A stretch of 64,000 bases of DNA, from NCBI RefSeq assembly GCF_018350175.1, contig NC_058373.1, positions 104,906,001-104,970,000 of the forward strand. Direction: 5' to 3'. A program made the position numbers and the translations under genes. Below the pieces are notes generated by a model. The model did not search any database. It saw only the letters and a list, made by a program, of their open reading frames with translations, and was not told the DNA's origin. Source of the stretch: Felis catus. Lineage: Eukaryota. Positions 51,653-63,900 of this stretch are shown piece after piece. Position 1 is the stretch's first letter. Every line of letters starts with the position of its first letter.

Positions 51653-51897
51653 GGGCGCCTGGGTGGCTCAGTTGGTTGAGCGTCCGACTTTGGCTCAGGT
51701 CATGATCTTGTGGTTCGTGAGTTCAAGCCCCGCGTCAGGCTCTGTACTGACAGCTCGGAGCCTGGAGCCTGTTTCAGATTCTGTGTCTCCCTCTCTCTCT
51801 CTGACCCTCCCCCGTTCATGCTCTGTCTCTCTCTGTCTCAAAACTAAATAAACGTTAAAAAAATAAAAATATTTTAAAAAGGAAAATAAAAATAAAA
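51653..51897 (+). mobile_element. Can-SINE
   Basis: TSD tcagaatatttca. Confidence 0.96.
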
Positions 51898-52214
51898 GTC
51901 AGAATATTTCACATAAAAATCAAAATTTTCAGCTTGTGCTGAAAAACTTCCAAGATTTGGCATCACTGAGCTCACATACTTCTGGCAACAATACAAACAA
52001 GATCTGTCTGGATCAGAGGGAGTGTGATCCCACCACACCACATTCAACACTCCCTGCTGTCTTAGGTGCCTTCCTCTTTGCTTACTTACAATGTCCACCT
52101 GGCCCCTGACCCATGGTTGCATGGAGAGGATGTGAATATCTCATTGTAACAATTAATACATAGTAGTGCATGATAAGTGATATGTAATTTTAATTGACAA
52201 ATGATGTAAAATAC

Positions 52215-52460
52215 TCATATTTATTATGCATTTACTCCAGGTCAAGTAAGTATTTACTACATGCAAGACCTCATTTCATTCTTACAGCAAGAGATAGGAA
52301 CATCAATAGCCCTCCTATACACAGATAGGAAAACTAAAGTCTAAAGAAATTAAACAATTTGGTCAATATCACAACACTCATTCATCATGGAGCTAAGACT
52401 TGAACATAGACTGTCCATGTAAGACCAGAACCAGAGCTATTATCCACTAGTCTGTACTGC
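52215..52460 (-). mobile_element. MIR
   Basis: acagataggaaaactaaagtctaaagaaattaaacaatttggtcaatatcaca. Confidence 0.7.
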
Positions 52461-53386
52461 TCTTCGCTGTAGGCTAGGCGGTCTGAGAGGCCCCTAAGGA
52501 GGGTGAGTTTAGGCTTAACTGTTTCTATGTCTCCTTCCTGTCCTCTGTCAACTTTAACTCCATTGCATTCTGTTTACAGAGTAGCATAGCACTAAGTATT
52601 ATTCATTACAGAATGTGATAGAGTGAGCTTATTATCATACAGGTATATTTCTTGTATGTTGAGAACAGTCTTGCACTGCCTAGACATCAATCATACCATG
52701 CTTTTAACAGAGATGGACTTTCCTCGTAAGGGTGGGATGGTGTCAACCATGACAGTTGTCTGGCTGTCATTTGCCCAGGGATGGAAAGTGTATCCTTCAA
52801 CCTGCAAAGCAGGACAGATAATATGGATGTGAGATTGGGGATTCCCTACTTGGTGGTGGGCCCCAGAGAAACTTTACATCTTGGCCTTGGCTCTTCCATG
52901 TGGGGGTAGGGGTGAGGAAGGCAAAAAAAGAAGCTACCTTCTGTATAGCAAACAAGCCAAGAGCTGAGTAGCCAGAAAGCCCAGCAAGGTGCTTGAAAAT
53001 TATTCTAGTATTTTGGGTACAGAATATAAAAAACCTTCTCAGAGTGTGGAATGGGTCAGGGCCTGGGAGTCCTGGGAGTTTATTAGCTAAGGTAAGATCA
53101 GAGAGAAATTTGTACCTTGTGAGCCTAATTCACTTTGTGTTTCTTTTATTTTCTTGGTTTATTTGGTTTATGTTCCTTTAGGTTTGAGCCGAGTCTTTTT
53201 AAAAATTCTACTAATTTCAGTTGGAACAAGTGAGAGGGTTTTCATCTATGCTCGAGCTAGAGTTTTAATAGAAATAGGACCCCTCAGAGAACATGTGAAG
53301 CAGATACCTTGAGAAAATCGAGGAAGCAGTATCAGACCCTCTGCCCACCTGGAGAATCTCCTTCTTCTATTAAAACATTGGAGATT

Positions 53387-53585
53387 TGGGGCACCTGGGT
53401 GGCTCAGTTGGTTTAGCATCTGACTTCAGCTCAGGTCATGATGTCACAGTCTGTGAGTTCGAGCCCTGCATCAGTCTCTGTGCTGACAGCTCAGAGCCTG
53501 GAACCTGCTTCGGATTCTGTGTGTGTCTCTCTCTCAAAAATAAACATCAAAAAAAAATTTTAATCAAAAATAAATTTAAAAAAAA
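53387..53585 (+). mobile_element. Can-SINE
   Basis: TSD attggagatt. Confidence 0.95.
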
Positions 53586-53596
53586 ATTGGAGATTC

Positions 53597-53822
53597 TTTT
53601 TTTTTTTTTTAATTTTTTTCAACGTTTATTTATTTTTGGGACAGAGAGAGACAGAGCATGAACGGGGGAGGGGCAGAGAGAGAGGGAGACACAGAATCGG
53701 AAACAGGCTCCAGGCTCTGAGCTATCAGCCCAGAGCCCGACGCGGGGCTCGAACTCACGGACCGCGAGATCGTGACCTGGCTGAAGTCGGACGCTTAACC
53801 GACTGCGCCACCCAGGCGCCCC
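53597..53822 (-). mobile_element. Young felid SINE
   Basis: TSD aaaaattggagattctttt. Confidence 0.98.
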
Positions 53823-54637
53823 AAAAATTGGAGATTCTTTACACATTTTTTATAGAAGAAATTTCCATAGATTATATTGTTTAGAGATATCAAACAATGT
53901 ACACAGAGGTAGTATGACCGAAGAAGAAAAAGCACTGGTAAATTTAGGCAGAATCAATGTAAATCTTTGAAGACAAATGCAATGTTGCCAAGTGTGACCA
54001 TTCTTAAAATCTTGTAAGGCCATTCAAATTGATGCATTGTATTTTTATTCTAATCTTTTCCTTTGGGGTTATGTATACACTTAAGTGATAAGAGGTAGTC
54101 TGGTGCTGAAACAACTTCAGGGTTATGAATACAGCCTGATAAAGTGTAGTTGATAATATCCTTACATTATTTTATACATTGCTAAGGTTTGTGTTGCCTG
54201 TACTCCAATGCAACAAAATTATCTTGTTTACACCAGTAAAAGGATAGCTATGTCTAGCCTCATACTGAAAGATCATGCCTTTAAAAAAGTGCCTCAATTT
54301 TCTGCTAACATCTGAAATGCCTTTGAAATCTCCACAGCCTGTTATGTGGTTTTAGGCTATATGTTTGCTTCAACAACTGCACGAAACCACCACACGTGCA
54401 GAGCCCTGTTTAGACCAGTCCTCAGAGGGATTGTCAGTCTGGAGTATGAGCCCAGATGAATCACTCAGAACGGATCCTTTTGCTTGGGATTCTGAAAATC
54501 CTCCTCAAGAGAGACATGGTACAGCTTCCAATAAATCAAGTATTTGTTAGCCTGAGACTGAGCACCTGGTTGTCTCTTCTACATTGAAAAGCAGTTGTTC
54601 TGTTATTAAAAAACTATTCTTAAGAAATAATTCATCA

Positions 54638-54848
54638 AGGGCGCCTGGGTGGCTCAGGCGGTTAAGCGTCCGACTCAGCTCATGTCAAGACCTCATGGTT
54701 CGTGAGTCTGAACCCCACATGGGGCTCTGTACTGACAGCTCAGAGCCTGGAGCCTGCTTCAGATTCTGTGTCTCCCTCTCTCTCTGCCCCTCCCCTGCTT
54801 GCTCTCTCTCTCTCTCTGTTTCTAAAATAAACAAACATTAGGGAAAAA
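54638..54848 (+). mobile_element. Can-SINE
   Basis: TSD aaataattcatcaa. Confidence 0.95.
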
Positions 54849-57050
54849 AATAATTCATCAAACCAATAAGCTAAATTAGAAAAATACGCTTGATTACATG
54901 TCTATAAACCGATTGTGTGGTGTATGTGGTCTTCTATTCACCACCCTTTAGAATGTTTTCCATATTTTGGGGTTTGTCATCGCTTATTTTTTTAAAAATA
55001 TCAATAGAATAATGAGTGTGTGTATGTGTGTGTGTGTATATATATAATATATATACATATATGCAAATCTATACACACAAATATCCCATGCACATACACA
55101 CACAAGACTCACAAGCGTAAATATCAATTTCTTATTTCTCTAAGCTGGGGCTAAGCTCTCTCTCATTCCTAATTCTCAAAGTCCTTTTTTTCTGTAATTT
55201 TTTGTATGATACTGTCCTACCTTCTGCCTTTTATTTCTGTTATTTAGGTATCTGTCTTAACTCTTCTACTAACATTTATGTAAGATCTACTCCTATTTGT
55301 TCTTATTATCTGAATCACCAAACAAATACTTGCTAAACGTGCATGCAAATGAATGAACAAAACCTCTGAATATAGGGCTAAATCTTTTTGTCATCTTGAG
55401 CCATGATGTAAAATTTCATGTGTGTCTAAGGTTGAGAGCTTTACCAAGCAGTGCTAACTTTCTACTTTCTAGTGCTGGGCAACGAAGAGTCCAAAAAAAA
55501 AAAAAAAAAAAAAAGGGGGGGGGGATGGAAAAAATCAGCTCTAGAATAATGTTTGTTTAATTGTAATTATACCAACAAATGAATTCCTTATGATAAGAAA
55601 GCATACTAGAAAACAGAATGAATGTCAGTTATCTTTCTTTAACAGCAGAATTTGTAAGCAAACTTTGTGGTAATACATCATAATATTGATTTTAAATATT
55701 TCTAAAATACCATTAGCTATATGAGCATTAGGAGTAGCAAACACGGATGACCATTCTGAGTGCTAAGTAATTTACTATACTATTCCTAAACAACATATTA
55801 GTACTTAAGAACAGAGATCTATAATAAATACCAGAGAAAGTATGATGACTTCAGGACAAGACAAAGTGACTTAGTATAAGAGACAATCGATAACTGAAAT
55901 CACCAGCAATTCTGTGTTTTGTAATCTGGCATGTAATATATGTGAAAACGATGCACATATAAAAACAAGTTAAAAAAAAAAAAAGCTCATCCTTCCCTAA
56001 TTTACATGGCAATAGTATTAGACATTTCCTGTGTTCATGTTAATAGTTATAAAATTGGTGTTTTTTATTAAATTCCCATTATTTTTGCCAGAACAAGCAT
56101 GGGGGCAGGGGGGAGAATTCAGCATTTAATTCACCAAATCAATTCACTACTAAAAATAAAAATCCAACAAAGGACATTTTCCATCAAATACTCTTTTCCT
56201 CATCTTCCCATTTGCATATCATTTAAGAGGCTTTGTTACTGAAAAAAAAAACAAAATGAAATGAAAATGAAATCCAAAGCATTTCCAAGAACAAAAGCCA
56301 AAACTTGTATCCATTCTTAACACAGTTAGAGTGACCATCCTTAACCTCACACTGCAGTATTACAAGTAACAGACAATTCAAATTTACTCCTCTACTTGAT
56401 CTTTCCTTCTAGATTCCAGTGAGCAGCACCCAAAGGCAAATCACATCCACTTCGGTTCATAAATACAGCCTCAGGATGAGATTTTAAATACTCTGTCTCA
56501 TTCATCCATTCTAGCTGCCTTCTGAGTTGAAAAGTTACATGAGAATTGAGAAAATAATAGCAAAACACTCTCTGAAAAGGAGTGCATACTGGGAAGATCA
56601 AAAATATTGATTTTGTGAATTAAGTGCAAGTGAAGAGCAAACACTTCTCCTATAAATTCTACATGAGTTTTTAAGCATCCTCAATGGAGCTAGTAAAGAA
56701 AAGCATCTCTGAGACTTTCCCACAATGCCACTTAAGGAACGTATTTCCCAATTCATTTCTGACTGACCAATAAAGAAAATAAAACATCTTGTCTTAGGTA
56801 GCAACTATGAGTCCTCCACACTGCCAGAACGATCAGTCATCTGAGTGAAGGCATACTTTTCCAACATCACTTTCATCTGAAATTTCTATGTTATCAGTAG
56901 AGAGAATCCTAGAACAGAGACAGAACTGGCAACTCTGAATAAGAAAGGAGAGATAACACCACTATCTCTTCAGCAGAGGAAATTAAAAGGTGCTGCATAT
57001 ATATAATGGAAATGCTCTCAGAAGAATGTAGAAAATATCCATGAAATTAA

Positions 57051-57052
<2 letters not shown>

Positions 57053-57096
<44 letters not shown>
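57053..57096. repeat. (CA)n microsatellite
   Basis: Seen directly. Confidence 0.97.
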
Positions 57097-57098
<2 letters not shown>

Positions 57099-58824
57099 CA
57101 CTCACAAAAGCAGGAAAATGGATGTCACCAAAATAGATTAAGCAACAAATGACACAACAGTGGAAGCTTTCTGTCCTACATGTGCTGCCTGACTGGCAAA
57201 AGATGTCAAAAATGCAGTTTTTTTAAAAACCTAAATATAAGGGCAGCCAAAATGGTCTTCCAAAAAGAAGGAAAAAACCTCAGAAAAGAAAAAACTAAAG
57301 TTAAATGATATATTTGGTCTTACTTTTAAAAAATCAAGATGTTAAAAAAAAGGTTAAATGGGACGTTCCTGTTGATATTAAAAATTAAAAATCTCTTGAT
57401 ATGATAAAAAAGGTAATATGTTATATATGTACATATAACATACATTATAAGTTTCACAAAAAAGGTAATTCTCTACCAAGTCAATTACTGTGAGTTTGTT
57501 CCATGAAGCCGATAGTAAATGGGAACTGTCTGGGATAACAGCACTGGATCATACAGCCCCAACACTCAGTCTATTATGCCTACAGAAGGACATTAAATAG
57601 GATCAGTTAGATCAGCCCAGAGATTTCTTCTGGTATTTCTTCTTCTCTTGCAGAAGAGCAGTAAGCTAACCCAGAGTCATCGTGGGAGAATCTAAACTAA
57701 TTCATCCTGTTCCCAAGTCTGTCTGGTCAGCACCATGGTGAGCACCAAGTAGTTTCCCATTTACCACTAGCTGGAAGGCTCAAATACTGACTTCCAAACA
57801 TTAAGGGAGGAAGTCTGGGGTGGGAGAGGTGAGGAAGGATTACCAAAACCTAATCACAAGATCTAGGAAATCTTTGTTTTTGTACTCTTACCTCCTACAT
57901 GTACTTAGAAACCTAGTTCTTGGTACAAATAAACCCACAATTGATTTTTTGCTGAATATTGAATTGTTAAAGCAACAACCTTCCACCGTACAGAATTATT
58001 GTTACAATTTTACAGCACAGATAAATTTCCATCTTCTGTGGGAATATAAGAAAGACTAAAGTAAGTCTGATTTATTCAGAGTAAATGGATATCCTCAGTT
58101 GGATTTCTAAAATACAGAAAGCAAAACTTCCCTAGGTAAGAAATATTGAAAGACCTAGTCCATTTGATATTAGGGTTAAAATATTACGGTTAAAATATTC
58201 TAAAATATTCTAAATATTCTAAAGATTAAAAAAAACTCCAAGTAAATTTTCATAAGTAATCAGAAATTGTTAAGTTTCTATTTTGGAGCAGAGAAAGACA
58301 TTAATATTCAACAATAAAAGGATATCAACCTATACAGAGATCATATCCAAAAATTAATTTATGTAGTTATATATATGCAACTAACTTGCCATTATGCTAT
58401 TTTGAATAAAAAATTAGAACACTCTTGTCATGTTTGTATTTAAAAAATGATGAATGCAGCCCTAGTGGAGTTATGCCTGAGACAAGTATAATGCATTTTT
58501 TACCATCCTGAAAACATTGATTCCCTAAAATAAAATAAAAAAAATTAAAAAAATAAACAAGGAAGTAAAGTGTGTCAGGCAAGGTGACAGATAAACCATT
58601 ATCCCTTCAAAAATCGAACTATTTTTGCTGACAAGGTAAAAAACCTACTAAAATAGGCACAAGGTGGAATGCACATATAGAGGCAGTCTCTTCAGAGACT
58701 GAGAAATGTAGAACACATCACAACTTCTCCTGCTCTCAAACGCACATCTCTCAAGTGGATATTGCAGAGACAGAGCACATCTGCCTTCAGAACCCCCTGG
58801 TGAACTTCTCAGAAACAGACCCCT

Positions 58825-58914
58825 GATATGTGCTGAACTGCATCCCCACTATGTGTGTGTGTGTATGTATGTGTTGTGTGTGTGTGTGTATAAATATATA
58901 TATAAAATATATAA

Positions 58915-58966
<52 letters not shown>

Positions 58967-59364
58967 TCAAAACCCGCCATACTTGTGAATGTGACCTTAT
59001 TTGAAAATAGGTTATTGGCAGATACAATCAACATAAGATGAAGTTATTGGAGTGAGTCCTAATCCAGTGGCTGGTGTCCTTGTAAGATGAGGGAAATTTG
59101 GGCACAGTCACACTTAGGTATAACAGCCACGTGAACATGGAGGCAGGGGTTGCAATCATGTTGCCATAAGCCACGGAATGCCTCATCAGAAACTAGAAGA
59201 AGCAAGGGCTGATTACCCATCTAGAGGCACTGGAAGGAACATGACCCTGCCTACACCTTGATTTCAGACTTCCAGGCTCCAAAACTACAAGAGAATAAAG
59301 TTTTGTTGTTTTAAGCCATTCAGTTTGTGGTATTTTGTTATGACAGCCCTAGAAAACTAAGACA
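58825..59364 (+). mobile_element. MLT1B/C-like LTR containing a (TG)n-(TA)-(CA)n expansion
   Basis: gaatgtgaccttatttgaaaatagg...acaccttgatttcagacttcc...ttttaagcca...cagccctagaaaactaagaca. Confidence 0.88.
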
Positions 59365-59775
59365 GTCAGTGATTATGCTGTAGAGCCGTAAAGGAGGAGA
59401 CAAAGAAGACAGGGGGCCAAGTAGATACAATTTGAGGTTTGTCTGAGCCCCTAATTATCCCCTAAAGGATAAACATTCAGAAATTTCCACAAAGGTTGTT
59501 GATCCTTGGATGTCTGGTATCTAATAATGGCATGTCTTGCCCATATCCCATTGAGAAAAATACTCCATTCTCTGGAGAAATGCTTCTGTCCGCTAGTGGG
59601 AAAGAAGATACTAAAATAGCATATAAAAATTTAATAATATAATTAAATAAACACACATCTTTAAACTGGAAAATTGTATGTCATTTGTCAACACATCACA
59701 GAGATTAAAACTTCAAAGGTAGGTAACTTGATGTAGCACACAACCCTCTGTTCTAGTAAAAATAAATTATCTTCA

Positions 59776-59990
59776 GGGTGCCTGGGTAGCTCAGTCAGTT
59801 GAGCGTGTGACTTCAGCTCAGGTCATGATCTCACAGTTCATGGGTTCGAGCCCCACATCAGGCTCTGTGCTGATAGCTCACAGCCTGGAGCCTGCTTTGG
59901 ATTCTGTGTCTCCCTCTCTCTTCGCCCCTCTCCCACTCGCGTTCTGTCTCACAAAAATAAATAAACATTTTTTAAAAAGTGTTTTTTTAA
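59776..59990 (+). mobile_element. Can-SINE
   Basis: TSD attatcttc. Confidence 0.95.
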
Positions 59991-61374
59991 AGAATACATT
60001 ATCTTCCTCTGGGTATAACCCTATGATAGAATTAAAATCCTTCACCCAAAGGTCTCAAAGACAAGGCGGAAAAAGATGCTTTGAAACCGCAGGCCTCCAA
60101 CACACACAGAAATCTAGTAGGTTTATCTGTTTAAATAAGTGTAGTCACTTCAGCTTCCAGAGAAGTAGATGCACCAACATAAAACTAATTGTGATGTTAT
60201 TAATGTACACTAATTAAACATACATTGTGCACTTCCTGGGTTCTAGAAGAAAAGGTGTGCTTATTCAAAACCCTATCTTAAGCCCAACAATGTAGCTGAC
60301 AGAGTACTTTTAAACCAAAAGGGTCTTCCATAAGCCTTGACAAGGATCATAATTTAGATCAAAAACCGAAAAAATACATTCTCAAAAAGAAGCTGGAATT
60401 GAATTGTGTAGAAGAAAAGCACTAAAACTCCAGGACATCTTAGGCAAGTCAAGAAAATTCTCACATATTTCAACGCAACTGCCATCATCTACTAAATTTA
60501 GAAAATTATTGCAGTTTCACAAGTATGGATTACTCACAAATATATTTTTTTCCCTCTGATTTAATGAGCCCTGCCGGGTAAAGCTGTCATCTCTAACGCA
60601 GGTTAATTTGGGGAAACCTGCTTTTTCCAGATGGCTTCAAGGAGAGCAGACAGCTAATATGAGATTAATCTCAAAGTCATACGGTTTTTATCTCAATGTG
60701 GAGTGCAAGAGCTATCAGCCTCTGAGCTTGCTTTGATCCATTTCTTAAACCAGCCTTCTACCATGGAGTTCTCCACACTACTCCTAAAGTGTCATGTTTC
60801 TCTGCCAGAAAACTGCCAGTGTTACCCTGAAAGCCTGTGAGAGAGTCGGCTGCAAACCTGGATGAACCACCTTCCCTGCTATACAGCAGACAAAATATTA
60901 AATAACACCACATCCTATGTCTTTACTGCATCAAACCCACAGATAATTTAGTTCCCAAAAGCTTACCTGTCTTCTAGATTAGAAACTCAGCGTTACAAAT
61001 CTCTGGATATTCTGCACTTCCAACCAAAAGCTGTTTGCCTGCCAAAACGCTGATTAATTAAATGACCTCTCATCATATTTCCAGTCTTCTTGTTTGTGGA
61101 TGTACAGCTGTGCTCCAAGCATCTTTTTCACGCTCAAAGCCAGCGTCTTGGAAAGTATAATTTGGCATGAATTTCTCAGTCTTAACAGGTAAAGAGACTA
61201 CCCAGCTCCAAATAGTACAACATCCTATGAACATCCCAGAGATGGTCATAAAGAAAACCCCAGCACTAACAACCAGAGCAGTGCTGTGAAAATACAACCC
61301 ACATTAAAACTTCTACCTAAGAAAATCTGGTGGGGAAACTTGAATTTTCCTTATAAACAAATATCCTCAATCCA

Positions 61375-61540
61375 GCTGGCAGATTTTAAATCATCTAAAG
61401 CACTCTTTCAAAATGTGGACACCAGATCGTATCCTACACCGACTGAATCAGAATCACTGGGAGGAATCAGGCATTAGGATTTTTTCAAAGTTCCCCCAAG
61501 TGATCCTAATGTTCATCTACAGTTAAGAACGATTGATCTA
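61375..61540. mobile_element. MER5-like element
   Basis: ccgactgaatcagaatcactggga...aagttcccccaagtgatcctaatg. Confidence 0.7.
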
Positions 61541-61543
61541 GAC

Positions 61544-61879
61544 CAGGGGCCAGCAAGCTTTTTCAGTAAAGGGCCATATCATAAATGTTTTATACTTTGT
61601 GGGCATTCAGTCTCTGTCACAACTACTCAACCCTGCTAATCTGGCACAAAAGTAGCCACAGACAATATGTAAATGAACAAGTGTAGCTGGGTCCCAATAC
61701 AGCTTTATTTAGGAATACTGAAATTTGAATTTTATTTAACTTTTACATGTCACAAAATATTATTCTCATTTTAATTTTTTTTCAATCATTTCAAAATGTA
61801 AAGATCATTCTTAACTTGCAGGTCATACAAAAATAGATGGCAGGTCAGATTTGGCCGGGCCATAGTTTACTGACCCCTG
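61544..61879 (+). mobile_element. MER58B-like hAT-Charlie element
   Basis: Terminal inverted repeats caggggccagcaagct / agtttactgacccctg. Confidence 0.88.
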
Positions 61880-61980
61880 ATCTACACTGCATACGGAATA
61901 CATTCTCCTTAATCTTCAAAACAACATTTGCTCAATGACTCAATCAGTCACAGAAAAGATTCTCTTCAATGTATGGGTAC

Positions 61981-62193
61981 CTTCAGATTCAAGTTGTTCC
62001 AGGCCAAATGAGGCAGCTGTATTAACACGGCTAATGGATGGAACAATGGTTCTTGTCTCAGAGGGTGCCTCAGAATCAGAAAGTGCTGGGAAAATGCTGG
62101 GTGCTTCCTCCAATATTCCAGGCGGAGTCACTGGAGAGCCCATAACTGGTGTGAACAATTCCTCATTTGGCCCTGTGATGGTGTCCATTAGAT
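61981..62193 (-). CDS. ARMH4: ARMH4 (C14orf37) internal coding exon, Ser/Thr/Pro-rich ectodomain (DLMDTITGPNEELF...FGLEQLESE)
   Basis: Acceptor tctcttgtgtttgacag|AT and donor GAA G|gtaccc; 213 nt open frame; joins the next exon in frame (G+AG=Glu); peptide matches my recollection of human C14orf37. Confidence 0.9.
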
Positions 62194-62524
62194 CTGTCAA
62201 ACACAAGAGATAGGACTTGACCCAAAGATGATCATTAGGGGAAATGCATACATGTATTTTTTTCTTTTTAAGTAACAAATGATTAATGAAACCAGTATCT
62301 TATATACAGTAAGTTTGGCACTTAGGCCAGCTCCCTCTTCCCATAGTGCATCAATCCAGCTATGCAAGGCAGACACTTTACCTTCCAGGAAAATGTATTG
62401 TCTCAAATCAGAACTTTCTTTTTAACTTCTAATATCCCACTCATTCCATTGACAATACTATGGATTTTGCAGAATTTTAGATAGAACGATGGAAAAGATA
62501 GAAAATTTAACAAAAAATTATTAA

Positions 62525-62745
62525 GGGTGCCCGGGTGGGTCAGTCAGTTAAATATCCAACTCTTGGTTTCGGCTCAAGTCATGATCTCACAGTTGATGAG
62601 TTCAAGCCCTGCATGGGGCTCTGTGCAGACGGCGCAGAGCCTGCTTGGGATTCTGTCTTCTTCTGTCTCCACCCCTTCTTCGCTCACACTCTCTCTCTCT
62701 CTCTCTCTCTCTCAAAAATAAATAAATAAACATTAATATGTTTTA
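62525..62745 (+). mobile_element. Can-SINE
   Basis: TSD aaaaattattaa. Confidence 0.95.
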
Positions 62746-62779
62746 AAAATTATTAAAATATATGCCAAGAACTACTTTT

Positions 62780-63031
62780 TCATTTTAATTTTTTTTAACG
62801 ATTATTTACCTTTGAGACAGAGAGAGAGAGACAGAGCATGAATGGGGGAGGAGCAGAGAGAGAGAGAGGGAGACACAGAATCCGAAGTAGGCTCCAGTCT
62901 CTGAGCTGTCAGCACAGAGCCCAACGTGGGGCTCGAACCCATGGACCGCGAGACGGCGAGACCGCGAGACGGCGAGACCATGACCCGAGCGGAAGTCGGA
63001 CGCCCAACCAACTGAGCCACCCAGGCGCCCC
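62780..63031 (-). mobile_element. Can-SINE with an internal tandem repeat
   Basis: TSD atgccaagaactactttt. Confidence 0.96.
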
Positions 63032-63339
63032 ATGCCAAGAACTACTTTTAAAAATTAAGCCAAAGAGTAAGAGTATGTGTCTAGAATATGCTCAATTTCA
63101 AAGCAGCCAGATTTAGCTCCAGGTTTTCCCCTATATAAAAAACCCTTGGATAGTATTATTTTGCACGTCTGGTAGATCATCAGGATCTCTGAGGTAGTTT
63201 TTTAAAAATCAATTTGCATGCTTTCCACATATCTCAACTTACTGAATCAGAATCTCCTTGGTGGTGAAGACCGAAAAAACTATTTTTTTTAACTCCCAGG
63301 ATATGGATTCACAGGCTCTCACATCCATGGCTGTTCAGA

Positions 63340-63900
63340 GTATACATTGGTGCAACCACTTTGGAAAACAATTAGCCATTGCCCCCTAAAGTCAAACATT
63401 CATACCTAGAGCCCAGCGATTCAGTTCCTTGCTAATATAACCAAGAGAAACTCCTGTACATGTACAATGGAGAATATGCAAGAGAATATGCATATGGCAG
63501 CAATCAGTGTTCACAACAGCCAAACCTGGAAATGACCCAAATGCAAATTGCTAGAAGAGACTGGATAAAGATTAGACGCATAAACTGCAATCTATTTTCA
63601 TAATGGAACATTATAAACAGTCAAGACGAAAGAACCACATTAGGTAAATTTTAGCCATAGATTATTAAGCAAAACAAGTAAGTCCCAAAAAGGTTATCTC
63701 CAGCACAATACTGTTTTATAAAGTTAAAAACTAATGAAATGTTTAAATGCATAATTTTATGCATTTAATAAAACTAAACTAAAAGGAATTCAGGGAAATG
63801 AGGAACACAAGATTCAGGATGACAGTTACCAGTCAGAGGAGGAAGTTGAGATACAGGATTACATGTAGGTTACTAACCAGGCCCTACGGGGTTTTTTGGA
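63340..63900 (+). mobile_element. Old L1M 3' fragment
   Basis: cattggtgcaaccactttggaaaaca; cctggaaatgacccaaatg; aacacaagattcaggatgacagttacc. Confidence 0.75.

Larger units (their letters stand above)
39155..61980 (-). other. ARMH4: ARMH4 intron (~22.8 kb, GT-AG, phase 1)
   Basis: Lies between the two in-frame exons. Confidence 0.85.

Noticed and set aside
58170..58225. Short AT-rich tandem duplications (also 12020, 29075, 48328)
   Set aside because: Ordinary slippage products
60967..61283. Minus-strand acceptor/donor pair (tttcacag ... CAG|gtaagc) overlapping a hydrophobic ORF
   Set aside because: 317 nt, frameshifting, with an early stop in the incoming phase; no further support
620..63031. 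tRNA-like heads and many dispersed near-identical repeats (tRNA genes or a CRISPR-like array?)
   Set aside because: They are tRNA-derived SINE heads followed by (CT)n, A-tail and TSDs, irregularly spaced; there is no repeat-spacer periodicity
52..63116. Dozens of 60-170 aa ORFs with recurring peptides (GAWVAQSV.., MNGGGAERE.., FLPSFLPS..)
   Set aside because: Translations of Can-SINEs and simple repeats, not a gene family
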